Of a stretch of 64,000 nt of DNA, positions 1 to 12,332 are shown piece after piece. Every line of letters starts with the position of its first letter. Position 1 is the stretch's first letter. A program made the translations under genes and the position numbers. The DNA comes from Octopus sinensis (taxonomy: Eukaryota), in contig NC_043015.1 of the NCBI RefSeq assembly GCF_006345805.1, forward strand, positions 46,624,001-46,688,000. Direction: 5' to 3'. The notes under the pieces are model-generated. The model was not told the DNA's origin and did no database searches. It saw nothing but the letters and a program-made list of their open reading frames with translations.

Positions 1-385
1 ATTGTTGTGTGAGAAAGTATAAATATTCTGGTGATAAAATATAGTATCTTTCAAAAACTAAATTTATAGACTAAAAAAAACATTTTACAGAAACAAATTT
101 TCCAGAGTGTGAATTACATGGTTCGTTATTAAATATATCCTCTCCTCGCCCCCATATTTTTTCTGAACCAAAATAAGGGATTTGCAACATATTAGAGGTC
201 AGTTCTTACATCGATTGAAGATAAAGAAATAGGTAGAGATAAAGAGAAATTGAGATAAGGCGAAAAATAGAAAGACACAATGAAATGTGTATAGAATAAA
301 ATAGATGGAAAGTTTTAGAGAGAAAGGGATAGAAAAAGACACAAAAGGTGCCAGAGGGAGCGAGAGATTTTGTAAGACAGCCAAG

Positions 386-799
386 GGATCTTTTCGGTTT
401 AAACGGCAGATTTAAAAAAATAATTTCCAAGTAACTAAACACTTTTAAACTTCGTATACTGGTAGAATGTGTTTATAAAACATCTTTTTCTCTTAGCTTT
501 ATTGAGAAAATTCTATAGTTTGTAAGATATTTGTTGTTGTTTTTTTCTTCAATTTCTGCAATTTCAACCAATCAATGACGTCTATTGAGGTGAAAACATT
601 CTGTGTCGTATGAATATGTCCCTCGTTTAAGAAACAGATTGGGTTTATTTACATTTGTGAAGAAAAAAAGATACCCTTCCCGCATCCCCTAACCCTAAAA
701 CAGATTGAAATGCAATAGATCGATACTAGGGTCATAATTATGGGTGACAATTTCATATGACACTGCCAGAAAAAACTGCCGCTCAAACCGAAAAGATCC
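386..799 (+). mobile_element. MITE, Merlin-like non-autonomous DNA transposon (copy 1)
   Basis: TIRs GGATCTTTTCGGTTT...AAACCGAAAAGATCC; perfect 8-bp TSD CAGCCAAG (378-385 and 800-807). GG-ended TIRs with 8-bp TSD fit Merlin. Confidence 0.85.
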
Positions 800-895
800 C
801 AGCCAAGAGAAAAAGATCCAGGAATGAAAATGAAGAGAAAAAGAGGATGTGTGATAAGCTATAGAAGAGTTACAAATGCAAAAGGTCATAAGTTT

Positions 896-942
<47 letters not shown>

Positions 943-1124
943 ACTGTGTGAGTGTGTCGGAAAAGAAACAGGTGAAATAAATAAAAAGTAACAGAAGATA
1001 TTTTAAAAAGCAGGAAATTCAAATACTCCACTTTCAGCCTTCAGACTTGAAGCAATTACTGTACGTGTAGAATTGTTCCAGATATAAGTTTTATCTAGGA
1101 CAGCATTTAGTTAGGAAACACATT

Positions 1125-1153
1125 TTAAAGATCAAAAGAACATTCTGTAAGAT
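1125..1153 (-). CDS. candidate terminal coding exon of an unidentified gene (DLTECSFDL*)
   Basis: Long T tract then CATCTTAAG acceptor. Phase-1 start is compatible with the exon at 1986-2089; TAA at 1125-1127. No homology recognised. Confidence 0.25.
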
Positions 1154-1397
1154 CTTAAGATGAAAAAAAAAAAAAAAAAAAAGGAATAATCATTGGTATT
1201 GACTTCTGGTTCTGTGTTGAGCAAACCTTATGTCTGAAATGTTTCTCTTTTATAGGAAGTAACAACGAAGACTTGAATGAACAAAGCCACTGAGTCTACG
1301 TCGCTCTGAGTCATCGATCAGTGAGAAACAGCAAAATTTTCTTCTACTCTCACCATACCTTAAAAACGGAAAATAAACCTTAGATAACATTTTGGTG

Positions 1398-1810
1398 GGA
1401 TCTCTTCGGTTTGAACGGCAGTTTTTTCTAGCGGTATCATATGAAATTGTTACCCATAATTATGACCCTAGTATCAATCTATTGCATTTCAATCTGTTTT
1501 AGGGTTAGGGGTGGGGGGAAGGGTATCTTTTTTTCTTCACAAATGTAAATAAACCCAATCTGTTTCTTAAACGAGGGACATATTCATACGGCACAGAATG
1601 TTTTTTTACCTCAATAGACGTCATTGATTGATTGAAATTGCAGAAATTGCAGAAAAACAACAACAAATATCTTACAAACTATAGAATTTTCTCAATAAAG
1701 CCAAGAGAAAAAGATGTTTTATAAACACATTCTACCAGTATACGAAGTTTGAAAGTGTTTAGTTACGTGGAAATTATTTTTAAAAACTGCTGTTCAAACC
1801 AAAAAGATCC
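1398..1810 (-). mobile_element. Merlin-like MITE (copy 2, inverted relative to copy 1)
   Basis: Same TIRs and body as 386-799; perfect 8-bp TSD TTTTGGTG. Confidence 0.85.
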
Positions 1811-1985
1811 TTTTGGTGTTGTGACGAAAAGCACTGATCTACGAACAAACTTCCAGTCTATGAACAAATTTCTCAGACATGCTTGCCTTACGTAACATAC
1901 AGGAATGTTTTCGAGTCGAGCACTTAACACCTGCAGTTCTTACTCTTTACATGTATGTCGATGACTAACTCATTCTTACACTCAC

Positions 1986-2089
1986 CTGCAATGAAGCGAA
2001 CTTCATCTTCTATACATCCAATAATGTTGATAAACATTGATTTCACAGTTGGGTTGGATAACATGAGTGTTAGACACTTTTCATCCAAA
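1986..2089 (-). CDS. candidate internal exon, unidentified protein (LDEKCLTLMLSNPTVKSMFINIIGCIEDEVRFIA)
   Basis: Acceptor CTTATTTTAAG, consensus donor GCAG|GTGAGT, 104-nt open frame (phase 2 to 1), non-repetitive protein-like composition. Confidence 0.4.
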
Positions 2090-2153
2090 CTTAAAATAAG
2101 TGTGGAGGTACCCCAACTTGTCAATCGGTTTATCTTTTGTTATTACCTTTTAT

Positions 2154-2566
2154 GGATCTTTTCGGTTTTAACGGTAGTTTTTAACATAATTTCTAGGTAA
2201 CTAAAAAATTTAAAACTTCGTATACTGGTAGAATGTGTTTATAAAACATCTTTTCTCTTGGCTTTATTGAGAAAATTCTATAGTTTGTAAGATATTTGTT
2301 GTTTTTTTCTTCAATTTCTGCAATTTCAACCAATCACTGACGTCTATTGAGGTAAAAAAAAATGTGCCGTATAAATATGTCCCTTGTTTAAGAAACAGAT
2401 TGGGTTTATTTACATTTGTGAAGAAAAAAAGACACCCTTCCCCCCACCCCTAACCCTAACCCTAAAACAGATTGAAATGCAATAGATCGATACTAGGGTC
2501 ATAATTATGGGTGACAATTTCATATGACACCGCCAGAAAAAACTGCTGGTCAAACCGAAAAGATCC
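2154..2566 (+). mobile_element. Merlin-like MITE (copy 3)
   Basis: Same TIRs and body as copy 1; no clear TSD. Confidence 0.8.
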
Positions 2567-3102
2567 CATGTTTGTTTAAAAGTGTGTCCCTTCGACTTTG
2601 TTAAATCTAACTTTCAGAAAAATGGAGTATTTTTTTATTGAAATTTTCTACAAATACCTTTCTGATGATGTATATTACTATTATATAGGAATGTAAAGTG
2701 AAATATTAAAAAAAAAAAATGGTAGGCTCGCACACGTACACACTGATATATCACAATTTTTCAAAATTTCAAGTTTCATTTTGTGTGTGTGTGTGTGTTG
2801 TATGTCTGTGTGTATGTGTGCTATCTAACTAGGCTTTTTTCTTTTTTTCGTTCAATTCCAACATAGTTGTAATCTACATCATTTGAAAGATAATTGTAGA
2901 AAATTTCATTAAGAAAATATCCATTTTTGTACAAGTTATGACGAAACAAAGTTGGGCAGGGAGGTATATTTGTATAGTTATGCCACTTGGTTCTTGTCAT
3001 GGCTGGAATGTCTTTGATCGATTATAGTTGATCTGGAGCTAAACACCAACAATTTTCTCATTACTTCTTAACGAATTAAAATTCTCTTTTTTTTTTTTTA
3101 AC

Positions 3103-3323
3103 TATGAGTGCATACTGAAAAGTTCCTGGCCTTAGGGGTACCATGAAAGGCCTGGTTGAAGGCCCAATTTTCCGAGTTCTTTTATAGGGCTTAGAAATAC
3201 TGAAGGACAGCTGCAATAAGTGTGTGAATCTGAGAGGGAAATGTGTTGAATATAATCACAATTAACTAATCCTCCTGTATTTTCTTTTACCCAAAACCAG
3301 GAACTTTTCAGCATCCCCTCGTA
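3103..3323 (+). mobile_element. mariner deletion derivative (MITE)
   Basis: TA-bounded TIRs TA(C/T)GAG.G.AT.CTGAAAAGTTCCTGG. Internal CNKCVNLRGKCVE resembles the mariner transposase C-terminus. Confidence 0.75.
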
Positions 3324-3564
3324 TTTTGTCAGTATCAGGAATATGAACTGGCTCTCTGCCAGTTATGACGACAAGAGTTCCAGTTGGTTCGATTAATGGA
3401 ACAGCCTGCTTGTGCATTTAATGTGCAAGTGGCTGAGAACTCCACAGATATGTGTATCTTTAATGTAGTTCTCAGGGAGAATGTGACAAAGCTGATCCTT
3501 TGAAATATAGGTACCACTCATTTTTGCCAGATGAGTAGACTGGAGCAACATAAAAATAAAGCTT

Positions 3565-3945
3565 CTTATTTCTTTATTGCCCACAAGGGGCTAAACATAG
3601 AGGGGCCAATCAAGTACAGACAAACGGACTAAGTCGATTACATCGACCCCAGTGCGTAACTGGTACTTATTTAATTGACCCCGAAAGGATGAAAGGCAAA
3701 GTCGACCTCGGCAGAATTTGAACTCAGAACGTAACAGCAGACGAAATACCTATTTCGTTACTGCCCACAAGGGGCTAAACACAGAGGGGACAAACAAGGA
3801 CAGACAAACGGATTAAGCCAATTACATCGACCCCAGTGCATAACTGGTACTTAATTTATCGATCCCTAAAGGATGAAAGGCAAAGTCAACCTCGGTGGAA
3901 TTTGAACTCAGAATATAACGGCAGACGAAATACCGCTAATTAGCA
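3565..3945 (-). mobile_element. tRNA-derived SINE family S1, tandem dimer
   Basis: Two consecutive units matching full S1 copies elsewhere (54363-54595), joined at GAAATACC|TATTTC. Confidence 0.85.
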
Positions 3946-4072
3946 AAAATCTCTGCCAACAATTCTCTCCTCGCTGCAAATGCATAGCAGAATAAAACTT
4001 ATTCTATGCCAAAGATCTGAACTCCATCGTGACGATCCACCTCCCTGAAGAAAATAGTAGAAAAAGGCATCT

Positions 4073-4301
4073 TTAAGCCTTTCGTTACCAACCCGGCTGA
4101 AACCGGCTCTGGCTCTTTTGTATAAATGTCTTGTTTTCATAAGTTTTGAATTCAAATCTTCCACCAAACCTTAGTCACAATTTATGTTCCTAACACTTGT
4201 TGAATGATAATTAAGTTATTTTACTAAATTCTTTGTTATATTTAAAATAATTGGAAGAAACACAGAGCATCTCAACAGAAATACAGTAACAAAAGGGTTA
4301 A
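4073..4301. mobile_element. piggyBac-type MITE
   Basis: TTAA-gCCTTTCGTTAC ... GTAACAAAAGGG-TTAA: TTAA-bounded short TIRs. Confidence 0.65.
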
Positions 4302-4845
4302 ATAGCTAAGGGTAGGCACAAAAGGGACCACACTTCCCTGGTTGGGCAAGTGCTTTGATTGGATGATTTAAAGCATCCAATCAGTATAAACAGATCTGGT
4401 CATGTGACCGCTTGCAGAAAACAATGGTGATGAGCCAAATGTGGGTACTTAAAAGGTAAACTGTGAACATGCTTGCTACAGATCCAGTATCTGTTAGCAT
4501 GGTATACAACTGTTTTCACTGTATTTCTGTATTCTACACACAGGGTGTGCCTACACTGCCAGACATGATGAAGAAGTATGCCAGAAGGGAAAATTTCATA
4601 ACCTCTACTTTGGAGATATCTCTAAAAAGATAGAGTAGCCACAAATGGAATGTCTTTGATCATAGGTCTGCTCAATCAATGCTGACCCGGGGCTAAACAA
4701 CACTACTACCACCAGCAGCAGCACCAACAACAATCTTAAACCTGATTCTCAGTAATGAAAGTAAGAACGATTACTGATGCGAAAATATTAGCTAAAGTAA
4801 AAGAAATAAATTGCCAGAGAAAAGTAGAAAACCAACATGAAAAGA

Positions 4846-5212
4846 ACACACACACACACTCTCTCCCCCTCTCTCTCTCAAACACACACACACATTCTCC
4901 TCTCTCAAACACGCACACAATCTCTCTCTCTCTCTCTCTCAAACACACTCTCTCTCTCTCCGAAACATACAAACACACACAGACACACACACGCACGCAC
5001 ACACACACACACTCTCTCTCAAACATACATACACACACATGCACTCTCAAACACACACATACACACTCTCTATCAAACACACACGCACTCTCTCTCTCAA
5101 ACATACACACACACACTCTCTCTCTCCTTCCCTCTCCATCTCTCTCACTCAAACACATATACACTCTCCTCTCTCAAATACATATACACTCTCCTCTCTC
5201 AAACACACGTAC

Positions 5213-5250
<38 letters not shown>

Positions 5251-5337
5251 TCTCAAACACACACATATGCACACACACACACTCTCTCTCTCTCTCTCTC
5301 TCTGAAACACACACACAAACACACACAAAAACACACA
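4846..5337. repeat. compound (CA)n/(CT)n microsatellite
   Basis: Recurrent CTCTCTCAAACACACA subunits; explains the overlapping low-complexity ORFs. Confidence 0.95.
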
Positions 5338-5622
5338 ACTGAGGTGATTTTAAAAAAATAACAACCAAAAAGTTTTTAAAAAGTCAGTTTGTTAAATACT
5401 GTGGGTACAACCGGAGTATGCGAGAATCAGAATTAAACTTAAACTGGAGAGTAATAAAACAAAACCCAAAAAATATAATAGGTTTTAAAATCAAACAAAG
5501 ACAATAAAAATGTAATTTTCAATGTCTGAGAAAAGCAATAAAGGTATAAATTTTCATTGCCTGATATTGCTGATATTACTTGCATAACTTCCGTTAAGAA
5601 TACAATGTAAACTGCCACTCAC

Positions 5623-5726
5623 TTCACTGTAAATTAGAGAACGGGAGAGGATTGTGCATGCACGCATGTGTGAAAGATAGATTATATTTTTGTCATATGT
5701 TGTTATTGCTTTTAACAGTCTTAAAA
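5623..5726 (-). CDS. weak candidate exon (VLRLLKAITTYDKNIIYLSHMRACTILSRSLIYSE)
   Basis: Acceptor TTATTTTGTTCCATAG, donor GAA|GTGAGT, 104-nt open frame (phase 1 to 0). Not phase-compatible with 1986-2089 without an unseen exon. Confidence 0.25.
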
Positions 5727-5806
5727 CTATGGAACAAAATAATGAAACAAGTAAGGTGTCCTTGTAAAGTGTCACCTCTTGTGTGTATAAATACTATACA
5801 CTTTTA

Positions 5807-5854
<48 letters not shown>

Positions 5855-5856
<2 letters not shown>

Positions 5857-6230
5857 CGCTGTGTGGTAAGTGGCTTGCTTACCAACCACATGGTTCTGGG
5901 TTCAATCCCACTGCGTGGCACCTTGGGCAAGTGTCTTCTACTATAGCCCTGGGCCGACCAAAGCCTTGTGAGTGGATTTGATAGACGGAAACTGAAAGAA
6001 GCCCGTCATATATATGTATATATATGAGTGTGTGTTTGTGTGTCTGTGCTTGACAACCGATGCTGGTGTGTTTACATCGCCGTAACTTAGCGGTTCGGCA
6101 AAAGAGACTGATAGAATAAATACTAGGCTTACAAAGAATAAGTCCTGGGGGGCGATTTGCTCGACTAAAGGCGGTGCTCCAGCATGGCCACAGTAAAATG
6201 ACTGAAACAAGTAAAAGAGAGTAAAAAGTA
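5855..6230 (+). mobile_element. tRNA-derived SINE family S2 (CORE-like body)
   Basis: Head GGC.GTGTGGTAAG...GGGTTCAATCCC (Pol III B-box like); GGCACCTTGGGCAAGTG resembles the CORE domain; GTAAAAGA tail; more than 10 copies in the window. Confidence 0.85.
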
Positions 6231-6681
6231 TGTGTGTGTGTGTGTGTGTGTATGTATGCATGTATGTATGTATGTATGTATGTATGTCAGTGGTGGCACT
6301 AACTCATACCTGAATTGTGGATTTGTAGGGTGTGATTGTTGAACATCTTCATCTTGATGGGTGTGAAGGGTGCCTGTGCCTGCGGTAGCTGTTCAGGCTG
6401 TGTATGCACACACACACACATACATGTAAGTATATATGTATGTGTGTGTGTGTCTGTGCATATTTATAATATATGTATGTTTGTGTATAATACATATGTA
6501 TAATATGTATATACATATATATATATACACAACTATGAGAGAGAATCCACTATGTGGACGCTCTTAGGCTAGATATAGATCCGCAAAGGGACTCAACCAC
6601 TAAGAATTGTTCTCTAAGAACATAAGCAGGCAGAACAAATGAAAAACAACGAAAATATAGATTAACCCCATATATTTTATA

Positions 6682-8023
6682 TCATCATCGTCGTTTAACG
6701 TCCGTTCTCCATGCTAGCATGGGTTGGACGGTTCGACCGGGGTTCTGGGAAGCCAGAAGGCTGCACCAGGCTCCAGTCTAATTTGGCAATGTTTCTACAG
6801 CTGGATGCCCTTCCTAACGCCAACCACTCCGTGAGTGTAGTGGGTGCTTTTACGTGCCACCTGCACAGGTGCCAGGCGGGCTGGCAACGGCCACGGTCAG
6901 ATTGGTGTATTTTATGTGCCACCGGCACGGAAGCCAGTCGAGGCGGTGCTGGCATCGGCCACGAGTCGGATAGTGCTTTTTACGTACCACCAGACCAGGG
7001 ATCCTGGCTGGTTCAATTCGATTTCGATTTCGCTTGCCCCAACATGTCTTCACAAGCAAAGGGGGTTGGCAAGGGTGCCTGTCGTACGGTCGCATTGGAG
7101 TATTTACGTGCCACGGCCGAGTTGGATAGTGCTTTTTACGTACCACCAGACCAGGGATCCTGGCTGGTTCAATTCGATTTCGATTTCGCTTGCCCAACAT
7201 GTCTTCACAAGCAAAGGGGGTTGGCATGGGTGCGTCGTACGGTCGCATTGGAGTATTTACGTGCCACGGCCCCGAGTCGGATAGTGCTTTTTACGTACCA
7301 CCAGGCCAGGGATCCTGGCTGGTTCAATTCGGTTTCGATTTCGATTTCGATTCGCTTGCACCAACATGTCTTCGCAAGCATGGGGGGTTGGGATGGGTGT
7401 CTGTCGTCGGATGAGGTTCTATATCGACTTCGCTTGCCTCAACCGGTCTTTGTGTCCAAGGGAGAAAGGCATTCATAAGTGGGCTGGGCTCACTTGTCCT
7501 GCCTGGTCTTCTCACGTACAGAATTTTCCAAAGGTCTCGGTCTCTGGTCATTTCCTCAGTGAGGCCTAAAGTTCGAAGGTCGTGCTTCACCACCTCGTCC
7601 CAGGTTTTCCTGGGTCTACCTCTTCCACGGGTTCCCTCAACTGCTAGGGATTGGCACTTTCTCACACACCTATCTTCATCCATTCTCGCCACATGACCAT
7701 ACCAGCGCAATCGTCTCTCTTGCACACCACAACTGATGCTTCTTAATACAACATTTCTCTCAAGGTGCTAACGCTCTGTCGAGTATGTACACTGACATTA
7801 CACATCCATCGGAGCATACTGGCTTCATTCCTCACGAGCTTACGCATGTCCTCAGCAGTCACAGCCCATGTTTCGCTGCCATGTAGCATGGCTGTTCGTA
7901 CACACGCATCATACAGTCTGCTTTTTACTCTGAGCGAGAGGCCTTTAGTCACCAGCAGAGGTAAGAGCTCCCTAAACTTTGCCCAGGCTATTCTTATTCT
8001 AGCAGTTACACTTTCAGCGCACC
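6682..8023 (-). mobile_element. 5'-truncated RTE-clade LINE with long 3' UTR and (GAT)n tail
   Basis: Translates to GGGCAESVTARIRIAWAKFRELLPLL...HGSETW...RRLRWYGHVARM...GRGRPRKTW (RTE ORF C-terminus). The 3' UTR ends GGACGTTAAACGACGATGATGAT. Confidence 0.92.
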
Positions 8024-8061
8024 CACCCCCACTACTATATATATATATATATATATATATT

Positions 8062-8463
8062 TATTTTACTACCCACAAGGGGCTAAACATAGAGGGGACA
8101 AACAAGGACAGACAAAGGGATTAAGTCGATTACATCGACCCCAGTGCGAAACTGGTACTTTATTTATCGACCCCCAAAGGATGAAAGGCAAAGTCGACCT
8201 CGGCAATATTTGAACTCAGAACGTAACGACAGACGAAATACCTATTTCTTTATTACCCACAAGGGGCTAAACACAGAGGGAACAAACAAGGACAGACATA
8301 GGTATTAAGTTGATTACATCGACCCCAGTGCGAAACTGGTACTTTATTTGTCGACCCCCAAAGGATGAAAGGCAAAGTCGACCTCGGCAATATTTGAACT
8401 CAGAACGTAACGACAGACGAAATACCGCTAAGCATTTCGCCCGGTGCGCTAACGTTTCTGCCA
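8062..8463 (-). mobile_element. SINE S1 tandem dimer
   Basis: Two units joined at GACGAAATACC|TATTTCTTTATT. Confidence 0.88.
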
Positions 8464-8865
8464 TGTGTGTGTGTGTGTGTGCATAGTCATATAGCAACAC
8501 ATACAAATAGTGTGTGAGAGAGAGAGAATGAAACCAATAGTGTTGTGATTCTATTCTATGCACGCTATCACTGCATACTGTACTCTGTATTGATTCTTGG
8601 TTTCTGTTTATCAACCAATGCACTGTTGAGATACAGACGTAGGTTCTCTTTTTATTATTTTCTCTTCTACAAAGAAGTCTTTAGTCCAAATATTAACTGA
8701 AAGTCACTGAGATGGAATCTGCCAGTGAAACACGCATCGATTGCTGATTATTACGCTTCAGTGATTGCAACAGATATGCTGTAAGTTGGGACGTTGTAAA
8801 CAGCCAAATATTGCACTTTTAATACATACGTGGCAGGTATATATGCATGTGTATGTATATGTATG

Positions 8866-8902
<37 letters not shown>

Positions 8903-9325
8903 GTTTCCCTCTAATATATATATATATATATATATACAGCACCATGCTGGAAATAGCAGTCAAAACTTGACTCTAAAACCACATAAAATGTTCAACAGCA
9001 CCAGGAGAGAAGACATATATATGCATATATATGTATGCATACGTTCGTATATGTAAGTATTTGTATGTTATATGTATATATATATGTGTGTATATTCCAC
9101 TAGGCAAAGCATTTCTTATGCAGAATCAGAAATCCAGGATCTGGAATTATCCAGTAATTTTTTGCTAGTTTATTTTGTCTTTAGTCTTTCTCTACTGGTG
9201 CTGTATGAACATTTAATGTGGTTTTAGAGTCAAGTTTTGACTGCTATTTCCAGTGTACCCTAAATTATAATTTTAATAATAATCATTACCTTTGAAGGTT
9301 TTTATTCCCATGCTGGCCACTTAAT

Positions 9326-9928
9326 GAAGAGATCAAAGTGGTTGATGATTTCATCTTCCTTGGCTCCAAAATAAATCGAGATGGTGACTGCACTCCAGAA
9401 ATAAGATGGCAGATTATACTAGGCAGAGAGGCAATGGTCAGCATGAGCAGGGTCTGGAAGAGTAGAGACATCAGACTCGCTACCAAATGCAGATTGGTGA
9501 ATGCAATTGTCTTCCCAATAGCAACATATGGATGCGAGACCTGGACACTAAAGAAAGCTGACCAGAAGAGAATAAATGCATTCGAGCTTTGGTGTTGAAG
9601 AAGACTTTTACGGATTCCATGGACAGCGAGGCTCACCAATGGAGAAGTTCTTAACTAAATCAAGCCGAAACTGTTGCTAGAAGCTAGGATCACCAAGCAT
9701 AGATTGGCATATTTCGGTCATATTATGCGGAGAAAATCCCTGGAGAAGGACATCATGCTCGGAATGGTCAGTGGCAAGAGAGGAAGAGGCCGACCAAGAA
9801 CCTGCTGGCTTGACACCATCAAGAGTGATACGGGAATGGACATAGCCAATCTGAAAGAAGCGGCCCAGGATAGAACTGGCTGGAGGACACTGATCCATCG
9901 AGTAACCGAGAGTCGACTTTGACTGAGT
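9326..9928 (+). mobile_element. RTE/Bov-B-like LINE 3' fragment
   Basis: EEIKVVDDFIFLGSKI...TKCRLVNAIVFPIATYGCETWTLKKAD...AFELWC*RRLLRIPWTAR...YFGHIMRR...GRGRPRTCWLD in one frame, with stops at 9596 and 9656. Confidence 0.9.
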
Positions 9929-9970
<42 letters not shown>

Positions 9971-10549
9971 TTACATATGTGTGTGTGTGTGTATAAATAC
10001 ACACCACACATATTATATTTGCATGTGTGAATACACATGTATATACATGCATACATATTTATCAAACTAAAGATCTTTCTAAGCACACAAAAAGATTTTA
10101 AAAAATTCTGAATAAAATATGGCTGAAAATTTCTGATCATTTGCAGCTGCTCAAAGCCTCGGATCTGGTGACAAGTCATTCAACATCCTTTTGCATTTCA
10201 TTTTCAATGAATTAATTAGAGATTTCAATAATAAGAAATTGCTAGACTGTTTGTGACACCTTACTTGTAGCTGTTTATTATCACATAATGTTACAGTCGC
10301 TTATTTTAGAGAGCCCAGTTTTTTTGACAGGCTTTCATTGATTTCTAGAATAACCACTCACTTGTCTTTTTCTGTATTCTTATTCTGTGAATATTAACTG
10401 GGTTTTTTTCCCCAGCTAACTGCAATACAGTAGACACTTCACCACCATCAGCATCAACAGCAGCAGAGGTCCTCAACCGTTTTTTGTCTATGAACCTCTT
10501 TAGTTCCTATTTTATTCTCCTGGACCCACATAGCCATTCACTATATATA

Positions 10550-10845
10550 TCATCATCATCATCATCATCATCATCATCTTCGTTTAGCGTCCGCTTTCCA
10601 TGCTAGCATGGGTTGGACGGTTCAACTGGGGTCTGGGAAACCAGAAGGCTGCACCAGGCCCAGACTGATCTGGCAATGTTTCTACGGCTGGATGCCCTTC
10701 CTATCGCCAACCACTCCGCGAGTGTAGTGGGTGCTTTTTATGTGCCACCGGCACAGGTGCCAGACGAGGATGGCAAACGGCCACGATCGGATGGTGCTTT
10801 TTACGTGCGACTGGTACAAGGCCTGTCGGGGCGGCGCTGGCAGCG
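10550..10845 (-). mobile_element. RTE 3'-UTR-only copy
   Basis: (CAT)n then TTTAGCGTCCGCTTTCCATGCTAGCATGGG, matching 6682-6960. Confidence 0.85.
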
Positions 10846-12268
10846 GCATATATATATATATATATATACTTTTTTACTCGTTTCAGTCATTTGATTGTGG
10901 CCATGCTGGAGCACCGCCTGTAGTCGAGCAAATCGACCCCAGGACTTATTCTTTCTAAGCCTATTACTTATTCTATTGGTCTCTTTTGCTGAACCGCTAA
11001 GTTACGGGGACGTAAACACACCAGCATAGGTTGTCAAGCAATGTTGGAGGGACAAACACAGACACACAAACATATACACACATATAAATGCCAAGTCCAA
11101 CCAATCAGAGTAGTGGACACAACAGGACCCAAGTGGCCAAAGGTTAGCTGTTATCTGCTACATCTGTATTTATGTTATATATGTGAGAGAGAGAGAGAAT
11201 GAATTTCACTAAACATCCACTACAGATTCATTGCAGTTTTGCAAGAGCCTCTTGTTTCTTCATAATATAAAATTTTGACATTTTGTAATTAACAGAACTG
11301 TTAAGAAATGAATGTAACAATTTTTTGAGCGTTTGTAAATCAGTTAAAATGATTCTTTCACAATGTTTCAGATACAACACACAACCTCAAATTAAATCAT
11401 TTGCCAATCTAGTATAACTCCAAAATTGTTCAAAATGCATAGATCTTTACATCTTTACATGAGTAAATTTAATTTTTGATATATTTTTGCTAAACATTTT
11501 CTCATTTTATCCAATATTTTTTTTATTCATTTAGTACTACTGTAAATATGTTGTATATTTTCAAGTATACGGTAAAGGAGTAAAAAGAAATTACATTCGA
11601 TTTACTTCAAAACAAGCAATATTGATTTTTTTCTTGTCTTACACAGACTCAAGAAATTGTATTACTTTTTCATGCAAGTTTCTTTGAGTAGAGCAGAGAG
11701 AAGTTTCTTGCAGACTATTTTTGCATGATCCAACATTTCTCATTACTTTCCCATTTTGTGATATTTGTTCCAGATCTTTACATTACAAGTTCAAACCTTG
11801 CTGAGATCAACTGAAAAGAGATGTAGTTGGGGCCATGTGTTGTCAGGCTGCTGACTGACATTTCAATAGTTTTGTATTCTCTTTTTGGATAGTGTTTCAC
11901 AAATTTCCAACATTTTAGCCTTCAAATAATCCCATTACACCTAATTCTGAATACAGTAATATTTCACTTTATAAGGACCTGCTTTACAAGTTTTATTTTT
12001 CAAGCACAAAATCCAAATGCTAGTGCCTGCCGTACGAGCACCAACAATTTGACCTCTTTGAAAGTCTGATAGATCTGTCATTTTAATGAATTTTAATTAC
12101 CCTTTCTGATGATATCTGAAAAGAAACAGCAATTTTACCAAAACATATTAAGCAACACTAATAATAAATCAAAACACATAAAAATATACAAGCTTTTGAC
12201 AGTTTTTATACATATTTCAAAATTATGATGCTATGATGCTAGGTGTTTCCATTATTTTGTCCAACCCC

Positions 12269-12332
<64 letters not shown>

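Noticed and set aside
1986-2089. Resemblance to succinyl-CoA ligase beta (LSDPxVKxIxVNIxG) or a RUN-domain C-terminus
   Set aside because: Only a few matching residues and spacing differs; not enough to name a product.
2445-2465. CCCTAACCCTAA telomere-like repeats
   Set aside because: Only 1-3 units and always inside the Merlin-like MITE body.
4736-5368. Long ORFs of 60-195 aa (also 28898-29821, 35068-35637, 36833-37377, 40394-41140)
   Set aside because: They are translations of CA/CT/TA microsatellites, open in several frames only because the repeats lack stops.
11645-11815. Minus-strand open stretch DLEQISQNG...FLESV with GTAAGA donor
   Set aside because: A stop lies between the good acceptor and the open frame.
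12100-12135. CTGATGA...GAAAC (similar partial motifs at ~2662, ~4774, ~45405)
   Set aside because: No stem II or stem I pairing, so not hammerhead-like.
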